A stretch of 58,623 nucleotides of DNA from a virus: the IMG/VR virus record IMGVR_UViG_3300005471_000003, positions 1 to 58,623 of that record. One strand, given 5' to 3'. Shown piece after piece: positions 1 to 10,110 of the stretch. Under the pieces are notes generated by a model that made no database searches, was not told the DNA's origin, and worked only from the letters and a program-made list of their open reading frames with translations. A program made the position numbers and the translations under genes. The first letter of the stretch is position 1, and the number at the start of each line of letters is the position of its first letter.

Positions 1-120
1 ACGCCATCGTCTGCGGTGGAATGTGCTACGGCTCAATCGTGGGCGGCTCTGCAACTCGCTTTCTGCCGGGGCGCGAAGTGGTCGGAAGCCTGAACAACGG
101 CGTGAACAACATCTTCTACC
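1..120. repeat. Terminal direct repeat copy 1, identical to 58504-58623; most likely the circularisation overlap of a complete phage contig
   Basis: Base-by-base comparison: acgccatcgtctgcggtgg...aacatcttctacc occurs at both ends. An ORF is continuous across the junction. Confidence 0.9.
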
Positions 121-458
121 ACGTCGAAAAGCGGAACGGCGAATACCCGCTGCGTAACTTCGCGGCGGCAGTTCTGAAACTCTACCGGCAGACCATCGAA
201 AGCGACTGGCTGACGGAATACGGTGACGCTGTGCTGTGGCACGAAACGCTCGTGGAACTACCGCGAACCGGCGAGTGCTACAAGCGCGACGGCTGGCAAC
301 TGGTAGGCCAGACGAAAGGCTACACCTGCAAGCGGACGGCAGGAAAAGGAACGGACTCGTGGAGTGGGCGGCGAGTCTGGGACACGAAAAACCTACGCCC
401 GAAACTCGTCTTTGTGCGCCGAATTACCAGCGACGCTCCTACGACTCAGAACGATTGA
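1..458 (+). CDS. C-terminal part of the junction-spanning DUF4338-like protein (continues from 58323-58623; about 212 aa in total)
   Basis: Same frame as track ORF 21..458. Motifs HYSQPLGFVGRNICYAIV (in the N-terminal part) and LWHETLVELPRTGECYKRDGWQLVGQTKGY resemble the HYL..G / ETFVD..GTCY.A.NW..G.T.G signature I recall for DUF4338 (DruA-type domain). Not checked by HMM. Confidence 0.55.
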   Translation, partial: AIVCGGMCYGSIVGGSATRFLPGREVVGSLNNGVNNIFYHVEKRNGEYPLRNFAAAVLKLYRQTIESDWLTEYGDAVLWHETLVELPRTGECYKRDGWQLVGQTKGYTCKRTAGKGTDSWSGRRVWDTKNLRPKLVFVRRITSDAPTTQND

Positions 459-560
459 GATCAGAGACAGCCGCCGACCAAACGCTTTGAAAGCCCTGCC
501 AACATCCAAAAACCTGATGCGTGAGAACTGCCCAGCGGGGCGGCTGTTCTCTGCATCGAA

Positions 561-791
561 TTGTTAGACATCAACACCATGAACAAAACATTCCCAGACC
601 AAATCTTCGTGAGCCAAGAACTCAAAGGCACAGATGAAGAATGGCTGCAAGTGAACAAGACCGCCGATGAAACCGCGAGCATCGGAGAAAAGAAGCGCGT
701 CGGTCGCTACGTGCTCCACGAAGTCCTGACGGTCGAAACCAAAGTCATCGCGTCCACTCACAGCCTGCCCGAATCCGGCAAGCGACGCTGA
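561..791 (+). CDS. hypothetical small protein
   Basis: 76-aa ORF in the co-oriented early block. Alternative start MNKTFPDQ at 579. No motif recognised. Confidence 0.4.
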   Translation: MLDINTMNKTFPDQIFVSQELKGTDEEWLQVNKTADETASIGEKKRVGRYVLHEVLTVETKVIASTHSLPESGKRR

Positions 792-800
792 TGTCTAACG

Positions 801-1136
801 ATGAATGGGCGATTCAACATCCGACACCATCAAACACAAATAATTGATACTGCAATGAAATGGACGGTCAATCATTCACGTAACGCAGTTGCAGCTAAAG
901 CCCGCAAGCGCATGACCGAACCTGACTTCAAAATCGAAGTCCAGCACCGTGAACGCTGCCGTCGCGCAAAGGCCAAGTGGAGACTTCAAATCCGCGATCT
1001 TGAACACGGCGATTCTCTGACACTGTTGCTCTACCAACTTCCTTGGCCTGCCAGATACGCTGGCTCAGACGGACGCCAGCATTCTGCCGCTGGTCTTGGC
1101 CGGTTCCTGGCAACACTTTTCACCCAAGCAGCATGA
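801..1136 (+). CDS. hypothetical basic protein
   Basis: 111-aa ORF, Arg/Lys-rich, co-oriented. No motif recognised. Confidence 0.35.
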   Translation: MNGRFNIRHHQTQIIDTAMKWTVNHSRNAVAAKARKRMTEPDFKIEVQHRERCRRAKAKWRLQIRDLEHGDSLTLLLYQLPWPARYAGSDGRQHSAAGLGRFLATLFTQAA

Positions 1137-1182
1137 CATTTCCTTTGCCTTCAGGTCGGTGACGAGGTAGAACGGTGGCGAC

Positions 1183-1211
1183 TTCACAAGAGTCGGTCGC
1201 AATCGTATAAT
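1183..1211 (+). promoter_or_regulatory. sigma70-like promoter candidate (TTCACA-17 nt-TATAAT)
   Basis: TTCACA at 1183-1188, a 17-nt spacer, TATAAT at 1206-1211, about 28 nt upstream of the GTG at 1239. Confidence 0.3.
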
Positions 1212-1238
1212 AACTTTGCCGTTGGTTTCGTTTGGCGC

Positions 1239-2267
1239 GTGCGCCTACTTGCCGAGCCATCTTGTGAACGGAACCAGCGGCGTTTTTCTGCCTATGAAGA
1301 AATGAAACAAGCCATTGAATCCTCCGACATCAAAGCTCTCCGCAAAGTTCTCAGTGAAATCAACATCAACATCAGTGCGATACGCAGCAACGCCAAAAAC
1401 TTCGTCAGTAACGCAATCGTCGCTGGTCAGTTGCTCGCGAAAATAAAAGAGGCGACGAAGTATGGCGATTGGAGAGGCTTCCTGGAATCCGTTGAACTCA
1501 CTCACAACACGGCTGCTCGTTACATGAGATTGTGGGAGCATCGAACCGCTATTGACCTGAAGACTGTAAAGTCTTTGTCGGATGCCGAAGCGATGATTGC
1601 GCAGCTCTGCGATTCAGTCTCAGAATTTCAAGGAATTGAAACACCTACCTCGCAAAATGAACCACTTACACATGAACAAACATCAGATTCAGAGACTCAA
1701 AAACGATCCGGTTTGGGGACCGACTCTGGCCATACTGGAACTGCTCGGCGGGAAGCCAAAGAAGCCGATCCAAAAGCCCGTCCGTCCGCGTTCGACGTTG
1801 ACGAAATACCGAGGGATAATTCACGGGCCTATTTGAGCGGACCAGCGAAGCCAGAAAAGAATGGTGCTCCAAAGCCGGATGTTCGATTGGACAAGGAAGG
1901 CAGGAAAATACCGGATGATGTTCTTCCGTTGTGGGATAAATCACTGGCCTTAGCGACTCATCTCCGGTCGATCATCAGCGAGGTCAAATGCACCTTGGAA
2001 AACGGGATTGAAAAGGATGATATTTTTGGAGAGCTGGCCAATCCGATTATCTCCGACCTTCGCTCTGTGCATTACACGCTTTCCCATCTCATTCCATACG
2101 CCCTTTGCCACAAATGCAGCGGCGTGAACTGGAAGCAGTGTCCGGTCTGTCATCATCGAGGGTTCTACTCGAAACTGTATTGGGATGGTCCGACCGTTGG
2201 AGAAGCAATGCGAACTGTAATCCGTAACGGAGTCAAATCACATGCAAGCCAGACCTTATCAGCGTGA
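1239..2267 (+). CDS. DUF3102-like phage protein with a C-terminal CxxC zinc-finger
   Basis: AGQLLAKIKEATKYGDWRGFLESVELTHNTAARYMRLWE resembles the DUF3102 core. C-terminal CHKCSGVNWKQCPVCHHRGF. Start is GTG 1239 or ATG 1302 (MKQAIESS). Confidence 0.55.
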   Translation: MRLLAEPSCERNQRRFSAYEEMKQAIESSDIKALRKVLSEININISAIRSNAKNFVSNAIVAGQLLAKIKEATKYGDWRGFLESVELTHNTAARYMRLWEHRTAIDLKTVKSLSDAEAMIAQLCDSVSEFQGIETPTSQNEPLTHEQTSDSETQKRSGLGTDSGHTGTARREAKEADPKARPSAFDVDEIPRDNSRAYLSGPAKPEKNGAPKPDVRLDKEGRKIPDDVLPLWDKSLALATHLRSIISEVKCTLENGIEKDDIFGELANPIISDLRSVHYTLSHLIPYALCHKCSGVNWKQCPVCHHRGFYSKLYWDGPTVGEAMRTVIRNGVKSHASQTLSA

Positions 2268-3891
2268 GGCAGTCGAGGCCGTGTTCACTGAATGGAACAC
2301 GGTGCGTAGAACATTGGGCGTTGCTCCAACCGGAGCAGGCAAAACCAACATAGCGTGCGATGTGATTCGCCGGATGCTTCCAAAGAGAAGTATTTTCTTG
2401 GCTCATAGAGTAGAACTAATCCGCCAGGCTGTTGACCGATTGGCGAGTTTTGGAATCGAATCTGAAATTGAGCAAGGAAGCCAGTTCGCCAGCGGATCGC
2501 TCTGGAATAATAAACCCGTCGTCGTCGCCACGCCTCAGACTCTATTTGCCAGAGACGGTGCCAGGTTGAGTCGCTTTGATCCTGACGAGTTCGGCTGTCT
2601 AATCATCGACGAAACGCACCATTACGTTGCTGATGCCTTCCGAAAGCCACTGGACCACTTCTGCCAAAACTCAGAACTGAAGGTGCTCGGACTAACGGCC
2701 ACGGCAGACCGCGCGGACGGCGAGGCTCTGAGTCAGATCATGGATTCAGTCGCGTTCAACATCGAGATTTGTTCTCTCATTGATGACGGCTGGCTGGTGC
2801 CGATTGAACAGCAGTTCGTGAAGATTGAGGGCTTAGACTTCTCCCATTGCAGGGTTAGAGACGGCGAGTTGAACGGACGCGATTTGGAAGAAGTGATGAA
2901 GATGGAGAAAAACCTTTTGGGCATCGGGGCGGCCAGCATTGATGTCATCGGCAATAAACGTGCAATCGTATTCTGTGCAGCAGTTAAACAAGCGGAGCGT
3001 CTCGCCGAGATTTTCAATCGACACAAACCAAACTGTGCTGATTGGATTTATGCGAAGACACCTCCAGACATTCGCAAGGAGAAGCTGGATAACTTCGCCA
3101 GTGGCAAAATCCAGATTCTAACGAATGTCGGAGTTTTGACCGAGGGCTATGACAACCCGGCAATCGAGGTCGTTGTCCAGGCGCGTCCAACCATGAGCCG
3201 AAGTCTTTACGCTCAAATGATTGGCCGAGGCATGAGGGCTTTGACGGGAGTTCTGTACGATGGTCTGACAACCGCCGATGAACGCAAGGCAGCAATCGCC
3301 GCCAGTCTGAAGCCTAGACTGTTGGTTCTGGACTTCGCTGGAAATAGCGGACGGCATAAACTCATCACAACTGCGGACATTCTTGGTGGTAAAGTTTCGG
3401 AGCAGGCAAGAGATAGGGCCATCGCAAGACTTCGTGAAACTGGCAAGGCAGTGAATGTGACCGAGGCAATGATGGAAGCCGAAGCACAGCTTCACCGTGA
3501 GCTTGAAGAATTCAAGAAACGCGATGCCGCAAAACGCGCCAATCTTACAGCCAAAGCTCAGATTGCTCTAACTTACGTTAATCCGTTTGAGGCGATTCAA
3601 AAGAACGCTGAGAAATGGAAAAGCTTCAAGCAACGGCATCCACTAAGCTCGAAACAGCGTCACATGATCCTGCGATTCGGCAAAGACCCTGACAGAATGA
3701 CAGTCGAGGAAGGAGCGCAATTCCTGAATTCTAAATTCGCAATGTCGGATGGACAACGGCGAGTTCTAATTCGCGCTGGATACAAACCCGAAGAAATCGA
3801 CGGCATAAAGAAATGGGAAGCAAGCAAGCTGATCGAAGGAGTAGCATCGAACCACTGGAAGCGACCGAAGCTCGAATCAGTGACGACTTAA
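2242..3891 (+). CDS. superfamily-2 DEAD/DExH-box helicase
   Basis: RPYQ near the N-terminus, Walker A APTGAGKT, DExH IIDETHH, motif III LTATADR, motif VI QMIGRGMR. Confidence 0.85.
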   Translation: MQARPYQREAVEAVFTEWNTVRRTLGVAPTGAGKTNIACDVIRRMLPKRSIFLAHRVELIRQAVDRLASFGIESEIEQGSQFASGSLWNNKPVVVATPQTLFARDGARLSRFDPDEFGCLIIDETHHYVADAFRKPLDHFCQNSELKVLGLTATADRADGEALSQIMDSVAFNIEICSLIDDGWLVPIEQQFVKIEGLDFSHCRVRDGELNGRDLEEVMKMEKNLLGIGAASIDVIGNKRAIVFCAAVKQAERLAEIFNRHKPNCADWIYAKTPPDIRKEKLDNFASGKIQILTNVGVLTEGYDNPAIEVVVQARPTMSRSLYAQMIGRGMRALTGVLYDGLTTADERKAAIAASLKPRLLVLDFAGNSGRHKLITTADILGGKVSEQARDRAIARLRETGKAVNVTEAMMEAEAQLHRELEEFKKRDAAKRANLTAKAQIALTYVNPFEAIQKNAEKWKSFKQRHPLSSKQRHMILRFGKDPDRMTVEEGAQFLNSKFAMSDGQRRVLIRAGYKPEEIDGIKKWEASKLIEGVASNHWKRPKLESVTT

Positions 3892-3921
3892 GAACATCAA
3901 CGACGTGCCGAGATTTTTATT

Positions 3922-4737
3922 ATGCCGTTTTTTGATGTCAAGGCAAAATGGACTCACGTTTCAAAAACGCAGCCTTGTCCGGTTTGCAAAAAGCCTGACT
4001 GGTGTGTCATCGGCGAACGCTGGATAAATTGCATGAGAGTGACCAGCGACAAGACGTGCAAGAACGGCGGATGGCTGCATCCAATCAACGGCGAATTCAA
4101 ACCTGTGCGGCCAATTGAACAATGGAAACCGTCATCACGACCGAACTTCACAAATCTAATGGAACGTTGGCAACTGGACACATTGCCGATGGCCGTCACG
4201 AAGTTCGCAGAAGAACTCGGTGTGCATCACACGGCGCTTTATGCTTTGGGCTGTGCGTGGTCACGGCTGCACATGGCCTGGGCGTTCCCTATGGTTGACG
4301 GGAACAGGAACATAATCGGCATCAGACTGCGGAACCATGAAGGCCGGAAATGGGCCGTGAAAGGCTCGCAGCAAGGTTTGTTTGTGCCGTCCAGCAAGCC
4401 GGATTCGATGGCGTTCGTGTGCGAAGGACCGACAGATGCCGCCGCCGCGTTGAGCTTGGGATTCTACGCGGTTGGCAGGCCATCCTGCTTGGGCGGGACT
4501 GAGCATTTGAAAACGCTATTCCGTAGTCGGCACGTTCAACGCGCGGTCCTGCTCGCCGACAACGACGAACCTGGTATCCGAGGTGCCGAACGATTGGCGG
4601 TTGAGATCGGGTTGCCGTGCGCGTTGCTGATTCTGCCGGCTAAAGACGTTAGAGCTTTTGTTCAGGCAGGCGGAACAAGACTGATGGTTGAGGCGATACT
4701 GCATGATACCATCTGGCGGCATCCTAAAAGACCATGA
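3922..4737 (+). CDS. DNA primase (zinc-binding N-terminus plus Toprim domain)
   Basis: CPVCKKPDWC zinc motif. Toprim signatures CEGPTDAAA and LLADNDEPGIRGAE. Confidence 0.75.
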   Translation: MPFFDVKAKWTHVSKTQPCPVCKKPDWCVIGERWINCMRVTSDKTCKNGGWLHPINGEFKPVRPIEQWKPSSRPNFTNLMERWQLDTLPMAVTKFAEELGVHHTALYALGCAWSRLHMAWAFPMVDGNRNIIGIRLRNHEGRKWAVKGSQQGLFVPSSKPDSMAFVCEGPTDAAAALSLGFYAVGRPSCLGGTEHLKTLFRSRHVQRAVLLADNDEPGIRGAERLAVEIGLPCALLILPAKDVRAFVQAGGTRLMVEAILHDTIWRHPKRP

Positions 4738-4925
4738 CCATCGAATCCCTTAACGCCGAGATTGCTGCTGCAACGAATGAGTTCATCCGGTTGAGTGGAC
4801 GTTTCTGGTATCGTTCGCTCAACCTGGAATCGCAAAAGCTATCCATCAAACAGGCCGAACGAATCGCGCGTCTGTATCGGTTCCGGTCGATGATCGTGGC
4901 GAAGGAATATGCGAAGCAATTATGA
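4734..4925 (+). CDS. hypothetical small protein
   Basis: 63-aa ORF with ATGA start/stop overlaps on both sides (translational coupling). Confidence 0.5.
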   Translation: MTIESLNAEIAAATNEFIRLSGRFWYRSLNLESQKLSIKQAERIARLYRFRSMIVAKEYAKQL

Positions 4926-5845
4926 GATTGAATTTAATTGGGTTGTCAGGCGGCAAAGACTCAACCGTCTTGGTTGGTTGGGCAATTCATGAAAGCGGCT
5001 ATCCTCTGGAGAGTTTGGTTTTCTGCTTCTGCGATACAGAAAACGAATACGACGAAGTGTATCAACAGATCAAAGATTTAGACGCCTATGTCCAGGCGCA
5101 TGGCTGCAAGCCTGTTGTTTATCTTCGCGCATCCGGTGCTTGGGTAGATAAGTTTTGGATGTTTCCTTTGTTTCTAGCCTTGTCCATTTGGAAGGGACGA
5201 TTCCCGTCAGCTAAAGCGAGATTCTGCACGCAATTTTTGAAGATCAAACCGACCGAGAAGTTCATCAAAGAATTGTTAGAGCAAGGCCATGAGATCGTGA
5301 GTCATTCAGGTGTCCGCGCTTCCGAATCAATCGAGCGGTCGATGATGGAAGAATGGGCCACGGATTTATTCGGATGCCGCACTCGTCGTCCATTGCTGAA
5401 ACTTTCGATTGATGAAGTATGGCAAAAACATCACCGCTATAAACTCCCAATTAATCCGCTTTACAGACTTGGGTGGAAACGTGTCGGCTGCCGATTATGC
5501 ATCATGTCAAACAAAGCTGATGTTCGACGGACTGTCAAAAATCGTCCTTGGGTGATTCAAATCTACAAAGTGTGGGAATTGGTTATTAGCGCACACCGGG
5601 TCGCTAGGGGGTCGATCACTGACTACTCGTCTTGGTTTCATCGCAAAACAGTTCCAGAATCCCAACGCTCCAGACTGGTGGACACCAGGCAAGGCAAAAT
5701 GAATGTTGCGACAATTGACGATGTTGCAAGATGGTCGTTAACGGTAAGAGGCGGAAATCAGAAGGGTTTCGATTTCATGTTTGAGGAAGAAAGTTTCAAC
5801 ATTGATGACGCTCACGCCCCATGCCAATCAGGATTCTGCGAATAA
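4922..5845 (+). CDS. PAPS-reductase-like PP-loop ATP pyrophosphatase, paralog 1
   Basis: N-terminal PP-loop LSGGKDSTVL. Cys motifs GCRLC and a C-terminal CQSGFC. By eye AT-richer than its neighbours. Confidence 0.8.
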   Translation: MRLNLIGLSGGKDSTVLVGWAIHESGYPLESLVFCFCDTENEYDEVYQQIKDLDAYVQAHGCKPVVYLRASGAWVDKFWMFPLFLALSIWKGRFPSAKARFCTQFLKIKPTEKFIKELLEQGHEIVSHSGVRASESIERSMMEEWATDLFGCRTRRPLLKLSIDEVWQKHHRYKLPINPLYRLGWKRVGCRLCIMSNKADVRRTVKNRPWVIQIYKVWELVISAHRVARGSITDYSSWFHRKTVPESQRSRLVDTRQGKMNVATIDDVARWSLTVRGGNQKGFDFMFEEESFNIDDAHAPCQSGFCE

Positions 5846-6058
5846 TATTCTCAACGACCTATCTCTCTGTCTGTTCAGGAATTGAAGCGGCGGATTGAGA
5901 GTGTCAGGCGAAAATAGTTTCAGAAATTTGTTGCGTTCGCGGCTTACATGGACAAAGGTTGAGAACACTAAATGCGAATTGCCGTCACAAAAGAGTGGAT
6001 GATTCGATTCAGGCGTGTTGATCCGGTCAACGGTTGTTGGAACTAGACGCGGGCAAAG

Positions 6059-6430
6059 ATGAAACACGGTTACTCTCAAATCGAAAGAGACGGCAAAGCG
6101 AAATACATCCATCGTTGGGCTTACGAATTGTGGATCGGCCCAATTCCAGACGGTCTAAATGTCCTTCACAGTTGCGATAATCCGTCTTGCTTTAATCCAG
6201 ACCACTTGTTCTGTGGCACACAAAAGGCGAACGTTGATGATGCGATGAGCAAAGGGCGCATGGTCATTCCTAGAGGGGAACAGAACGGAATGAGCAAATT
6301 GACAGCTAGAGACGTTAAAACGATTCGTGCATCGAACGAATCTAGCGCCGTTTTAGGAATGCAATTTGGATTGCATCGCCGAAGTATTTGGAGGATTCGC
6401 GCAAACAAAGGCTGGCAACACATCAACTAA
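6059..6430 (+). CDS. HNH (HNH_3-type) homing endonuclease
   Basis: GYSQIERDGKAKYIHRWAYELW...LHSCDNPSCFNPDHLFCGTQKANVDD, followed by an HTH-like tail. Confidence 0.8.
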   Translation: MKHGYSQIERDGKAKYIHRWAYELWIGPIPDGLNVLHSCDNPSCFNPDHLFCGTQKANVDDAMSKGRMVIPRGEQNGMSKLTARDVKTIRASNESSAVLGMQFGLHRRSIWRIRANKGWQHIN

Positions 6431-6435
6431 ATCAC

Positions 6436-6701
6436 ATGAGCAAAAATAAGGAAAGGGCTGTCTTAATAACTACTGAATTCAAAGGTGTTTTCTTCGGTTA
6501 CGCCGAAGAAACAAACGGCACCGGCGACACCATCAAACTCAAGCGTGCCAGGAATTGCATATACTGGCCGACATCGAACGAGGGTTTCATGGGCCTTGCA
6601 ACATACGGTCCGAAACAAGGAGCGCGAGTAGGACCGAGAGCGGACATCGAATTGAGGAAGGTCACAAGCGTTGTCGAGGTAACACCAGAGGCCGTCGAGA
6701 A

Positions 6702-6729
<28 letters not shown>
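6436..6729 (+). CDS. hypothetical protein
   Basis: ATG 6436 inside track ORF 6388..6729. 97 aa. No motif recognised. Confidence 0.5.
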
Positions 6730-7379
<650 letters not shown>

Positions 7380-7604
7380 ATGAATAATCTAATGCCATGT
7401 CCGAAGTGCGACGGCACAGGTTCAGTCATGGACCCGCGACTGATGGGTCTGCAAATGCGAACGGTCCGAGAAAAACGGCGCGTGTCAGTTCGTGAAATGG
7501 CGCGGCGCTTGGATTTGTCGGCACCTTACGTGAGCGATTTGGAACGTGGGCGAAGGTCGTTTAACGCAGACCTGATACGACGGTATAAAGAGGCGCTGAA
7601 ATGA
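7380..7604 (+). CDS. XRE-family HTH transcriptional regulator with an N-terminal CxxCxGxG zinc motif
   Basis: CPKCDGTGSV, then REKRRVSVREMARRLDLSAPYVSDLERGRRSF (HTH_3-like). Confidence 0.7.
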   Translation: MNNLMPCPKCDGTGSVMDPRLMGLQMRTVREKRRVSVREMARRLDLSAPYVSDLERGRRSFNADLIRRYKEALK

Positions 7605-8596
7605 ACACACCAACAACAGTTATTCATCACTCCGCAGATTATGATGGCATTTTCTGTCGCGAGATCGCTCGCAAGTTCCTTCCGGATGCAAAACTTGTCG
7701 GATGGGATTTTGCCGATACTCCACTGGAAATTCCTACAGGCCAAGTTTACGTGCTGGATTTGCCGGTTGATCGCGTGTTTGGCTTCAAATACGCAGCGAC
7801 GGATGTTGACGGTAAACCTCCGCAGCAGCCCGGAGGACTGGTTTGGATCGATCACCACAAATCATCAATCGACACACATCCAACGGCCATCCCCGGCTAT
7901 CGCATCGACGGCGTGGCCGCGTGCAGGCTGGCGTGGCAGTGGTTTGCCGGAGAACCGCCAAACTTTGCGAATCGTGGAGGCGACCAACGGACGATGCCGT
8001 CCAAGGAAGATTTCGTTGAACGCCGAGTCGCCGAGCCTTTGGCCGTGCGTCTCGCCGGCGAGTACGACATTTGGGACAAGCGCGATGAACGGGCTGATAT
8101 TTTCCAGTACGGCTTGCGCGCTCGCGATCTGACAGACTCTGATTGGCGCGATATGCTGAGCACGCGGAAGGCTACCATCGAGGAGATCGAATCTTTGATT
8201 AGCGTTGGCCATCAAAACATCCTCAATCCAGACGGTACCCACGTTCCAGCGACCGTCTGCCAATTGCTCGAAAGTGGTAAAGTACTGAAGTCGTACTCGG
8301 AGCGAACCGACGCGAGCATGATGAAGCGCAGTTTCCTGATCGAGTTTGAGGGACTGAAATTCCTGGCGCTGACAACGGCGCGTTGCAATTCACTGACGTT
8401 CGCGTCGAAGGATCTTCCTGAAACCGGCCATGAGGCTTTGATGGGATTTTATTTCGATGGCAAGAAATGGACGGTCTCGCTTTATCATGCGAAACACAGG
8501 ACAGATTTGGACTTGTCGAAAATCGCCGTCAAATATGGTGGAGGCGGACACCGTGGCGCTTGCGGTTTTCAAATCGAAAAGCTGCCATTCTTGTGA
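7601..8596 (+). CDS. DHH/DHHA1-family phosphoesterase (RecJ/NrnA-like)
   Basis: HHSADYDG (motif I/II-like), WIDHHKSS (DHH motif), C-terminal KYGGGGHRGACGF (the DHHA1 GGGH motif). Confidence 0.75.
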   Translation: MNTPTTVIHHSADYDGIFCREIARKFLPDAKLVGWDFADTPLEIPTGQVYVLDLPVDRVFGFKYAATDVDGKPPQQPGGLVWIDHHKSSIDTHPTAIPGYRIDGVAACRLAWQWFAGEPPNFANRGGDQRTMPSKEDFVERRVAEPLAVRLAGEYDIWDKRDERADIFQYGLRARDLTDSDWRDMLSTRKATIEEIESLISVGHQNILNPDGTHVPATVCQLLESGKVLKSYSERTDASMMKRSFLIEFEGLKFLALTTARCNSLTFASKDLPETGHEALMGFYFDGKKWTVSLYHAKHRTDLDLSKIAVKYGGGGHRGACGFQIEKLPFL

Positions 8597-8727
8597 CCCC
8601 ACCCGTCCAGTCAGACCGGCCCGTTCGTTACCCAGGAGAACGTAGCTTTTCGGCGGGCGATAGGGATAACGGACGGCGCGAAAGCGTGCGAGCCTCCCGA
8701 TGAACCGTCCGCCGATTTCAATGTGAT

Positions 8728-9201
8728 ATGAGCTGGACCGAATCTGATTTGCGATCTTACACGCAGCGCCGACTTGCATCAGAGCAACGGACAAGGGAGG
8801 CGATTCAGGCAGATGGCCTGCCGAAGTATGGCGGGACGTTCACGCGGATCGTCGAGAGCACGATTGCGCCGAAGCAACCCAAGACACGCGGCACACGATA
8901 TTCTTTGCCGGTTGTGTTGGCGTGGATGCGCGAGATGGGCATTCCTGAGCCAGTGTTTGAGTATCGTTTTTGTGAACGGATGTGGCGGTGGGACATCGCT
9001 TGGGTGCCGCAGAAGCTATCTTGCGAGGTGAACGGCGGCGTTTTCGTCCAGGGACGGCACAACAGAGGCGCTGCTTTGCTTGAGGAATACGCGAAGTTGT
9101 CCAGGGGCGCTGCGCTTGGATGGCGAGTGATCTTCACAACACCTGACCGGCTTATGACCCAGGCAACTGCCGAAACGATCCGACAGGCTTTGAGCGTATG
9201 A
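8728..9201 (+). CDS. putative PD-(D/E)XK-fold nuclease (Vsr/DUF559-like core)
   Basis: WRWDIAWVPQKLSCEVNGGVFVQGRHNRG...GWRVIFTTPDRL resembles the D...E-x-(D/N)G...GW-V-R pattern of Vsr-type nucleases. Tentative. Confidence 0.4.
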   Translation: MSWTESDLRSYTQRRLASEQRTREAIQADGLPKYGGTFTRIVESTIAPKQPKTRGTRYSLPVVLAWMREMGIPEPVFEYRFCERMWRWDIAWVPQKLSCEVNGGVFVQGRHNRGAALLEEYAKLSRGAALGWRVIFTTPDRLMTQATAETIRQALSV

Positions 9202-9500
9202 ACTATGGCATGACCAAGCCGTGCGATGCGTGCCCGTTCCTGAAGAAATTCAAGCACGCTTTCACGATGAAACGGCTACAAGAATTTGCTTCAAGCGCGT
9301 TTCACTGTCACAAGACCGGCACAACGCAAGAAGATGGCGAAGGAAGCGATGAGTTTGTCGCCAATGAAAACTCGTCATATTGCGCTGGGGCTTTGATTTT
9401 CTGCGAGAAACGCAATCAACCAAACCAGATGATGCGAATTGCTGAAAGAATTGGGCTATATCAGAGAGATAAGCTGGATATGAATGCGAAAGTGAGATGA
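9198..9500 (+). CDS. hypothetical Cys-containing protein
   Basis: 100-aa ORF with an ATGA overlap to the upstream gene. CDACPF...HCHKTG...YCAGALIFC. Confidence 0.5.
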   Translation: MNYGMTKPCDACPFLKKFKHAFTMKRLQEFASSAFHCHKTGTTQEDGEGSDEFVANENSSYCAGALIFCEKRNQPNQMMRIAERIGLYQRDKLDMNAKVR

Positions 9501-9504
9501 TGCA

Positions 9505-10110
9505 ATGACTGATTGGAAAACAATTCCATGTCGAATCTGGACTGGTGCTAAGTCCAAGGCAGGTTACGGACAAGTGCGTCGCAAAGGAATTTTGCTCTAC
9601 GTGCATCGTTTCGAATGGGAAAAGCATCATAGTCCGTTGGCTGATGGCGAATGCGTATGTCATCACTGCGATAATCCGTCGTGCTATGAAATATCGCACC
9701 TGTTCAAAGGGACACAGAAGGATAACGTGCAAGATGCCATCAGAAAAGGACGTTGGAAGAATCCTCCACGACGCAATCGATCAGCGTGTGAACGGGGTCA
9801 TGACTTTGTTCCAGGAAGTTTCCGATTACGATCTAAGCCAAATGGACAAATCGGTCGCGTTTGTATCGAATGCGTTCGGCTAAGGAATAAATCACGTCCA
9901 AATCGTGATAAAACATCAAACACTTATTACCTTCACAAGATCACGCGTGCTGACATAACGGTAATCATAGAGGCTCTTAGGGATGGAGAATCACAGCGAT
10001 CTCTTGCATCAAGATTCGCAGTCAACCAAGCTACAATAAGTCGAATAAAAAATGGCGGCTACAAAACATTCGACCGAACGAAACTCGATATGAAATCTCC
10101 TATTCGATGA
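9505..10110 (+). CDS. HNH (HNH_3-type) homing endonuclease with a C-terminal HTH
   Basis: GYGQVRRKGILLYVHRFEWEKH...CHHCDNPSCYEISHLFKGTQKDNVQDA. C-terminal SQRSLASRFAVNQATISRIKNG. Confidence 0.8.
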   Translation: MTDWKTIPCRIWTGAKSKAGYGQVRRKGILLYVHRFEWEKHHSPLADGECVCHHCDNPSCYEISHLFKGTQKDNVQDAIRKGRWKNPPRRNRSACERGHDFVPGSFRLRSKPNGQIGRVCIECVRLRNKSRPNRDKTSNTYYLHKITRADITVIIEALRDGESQRSLASRFAVNQATISRIKNGGYKTFDRTKLDMKSPIR

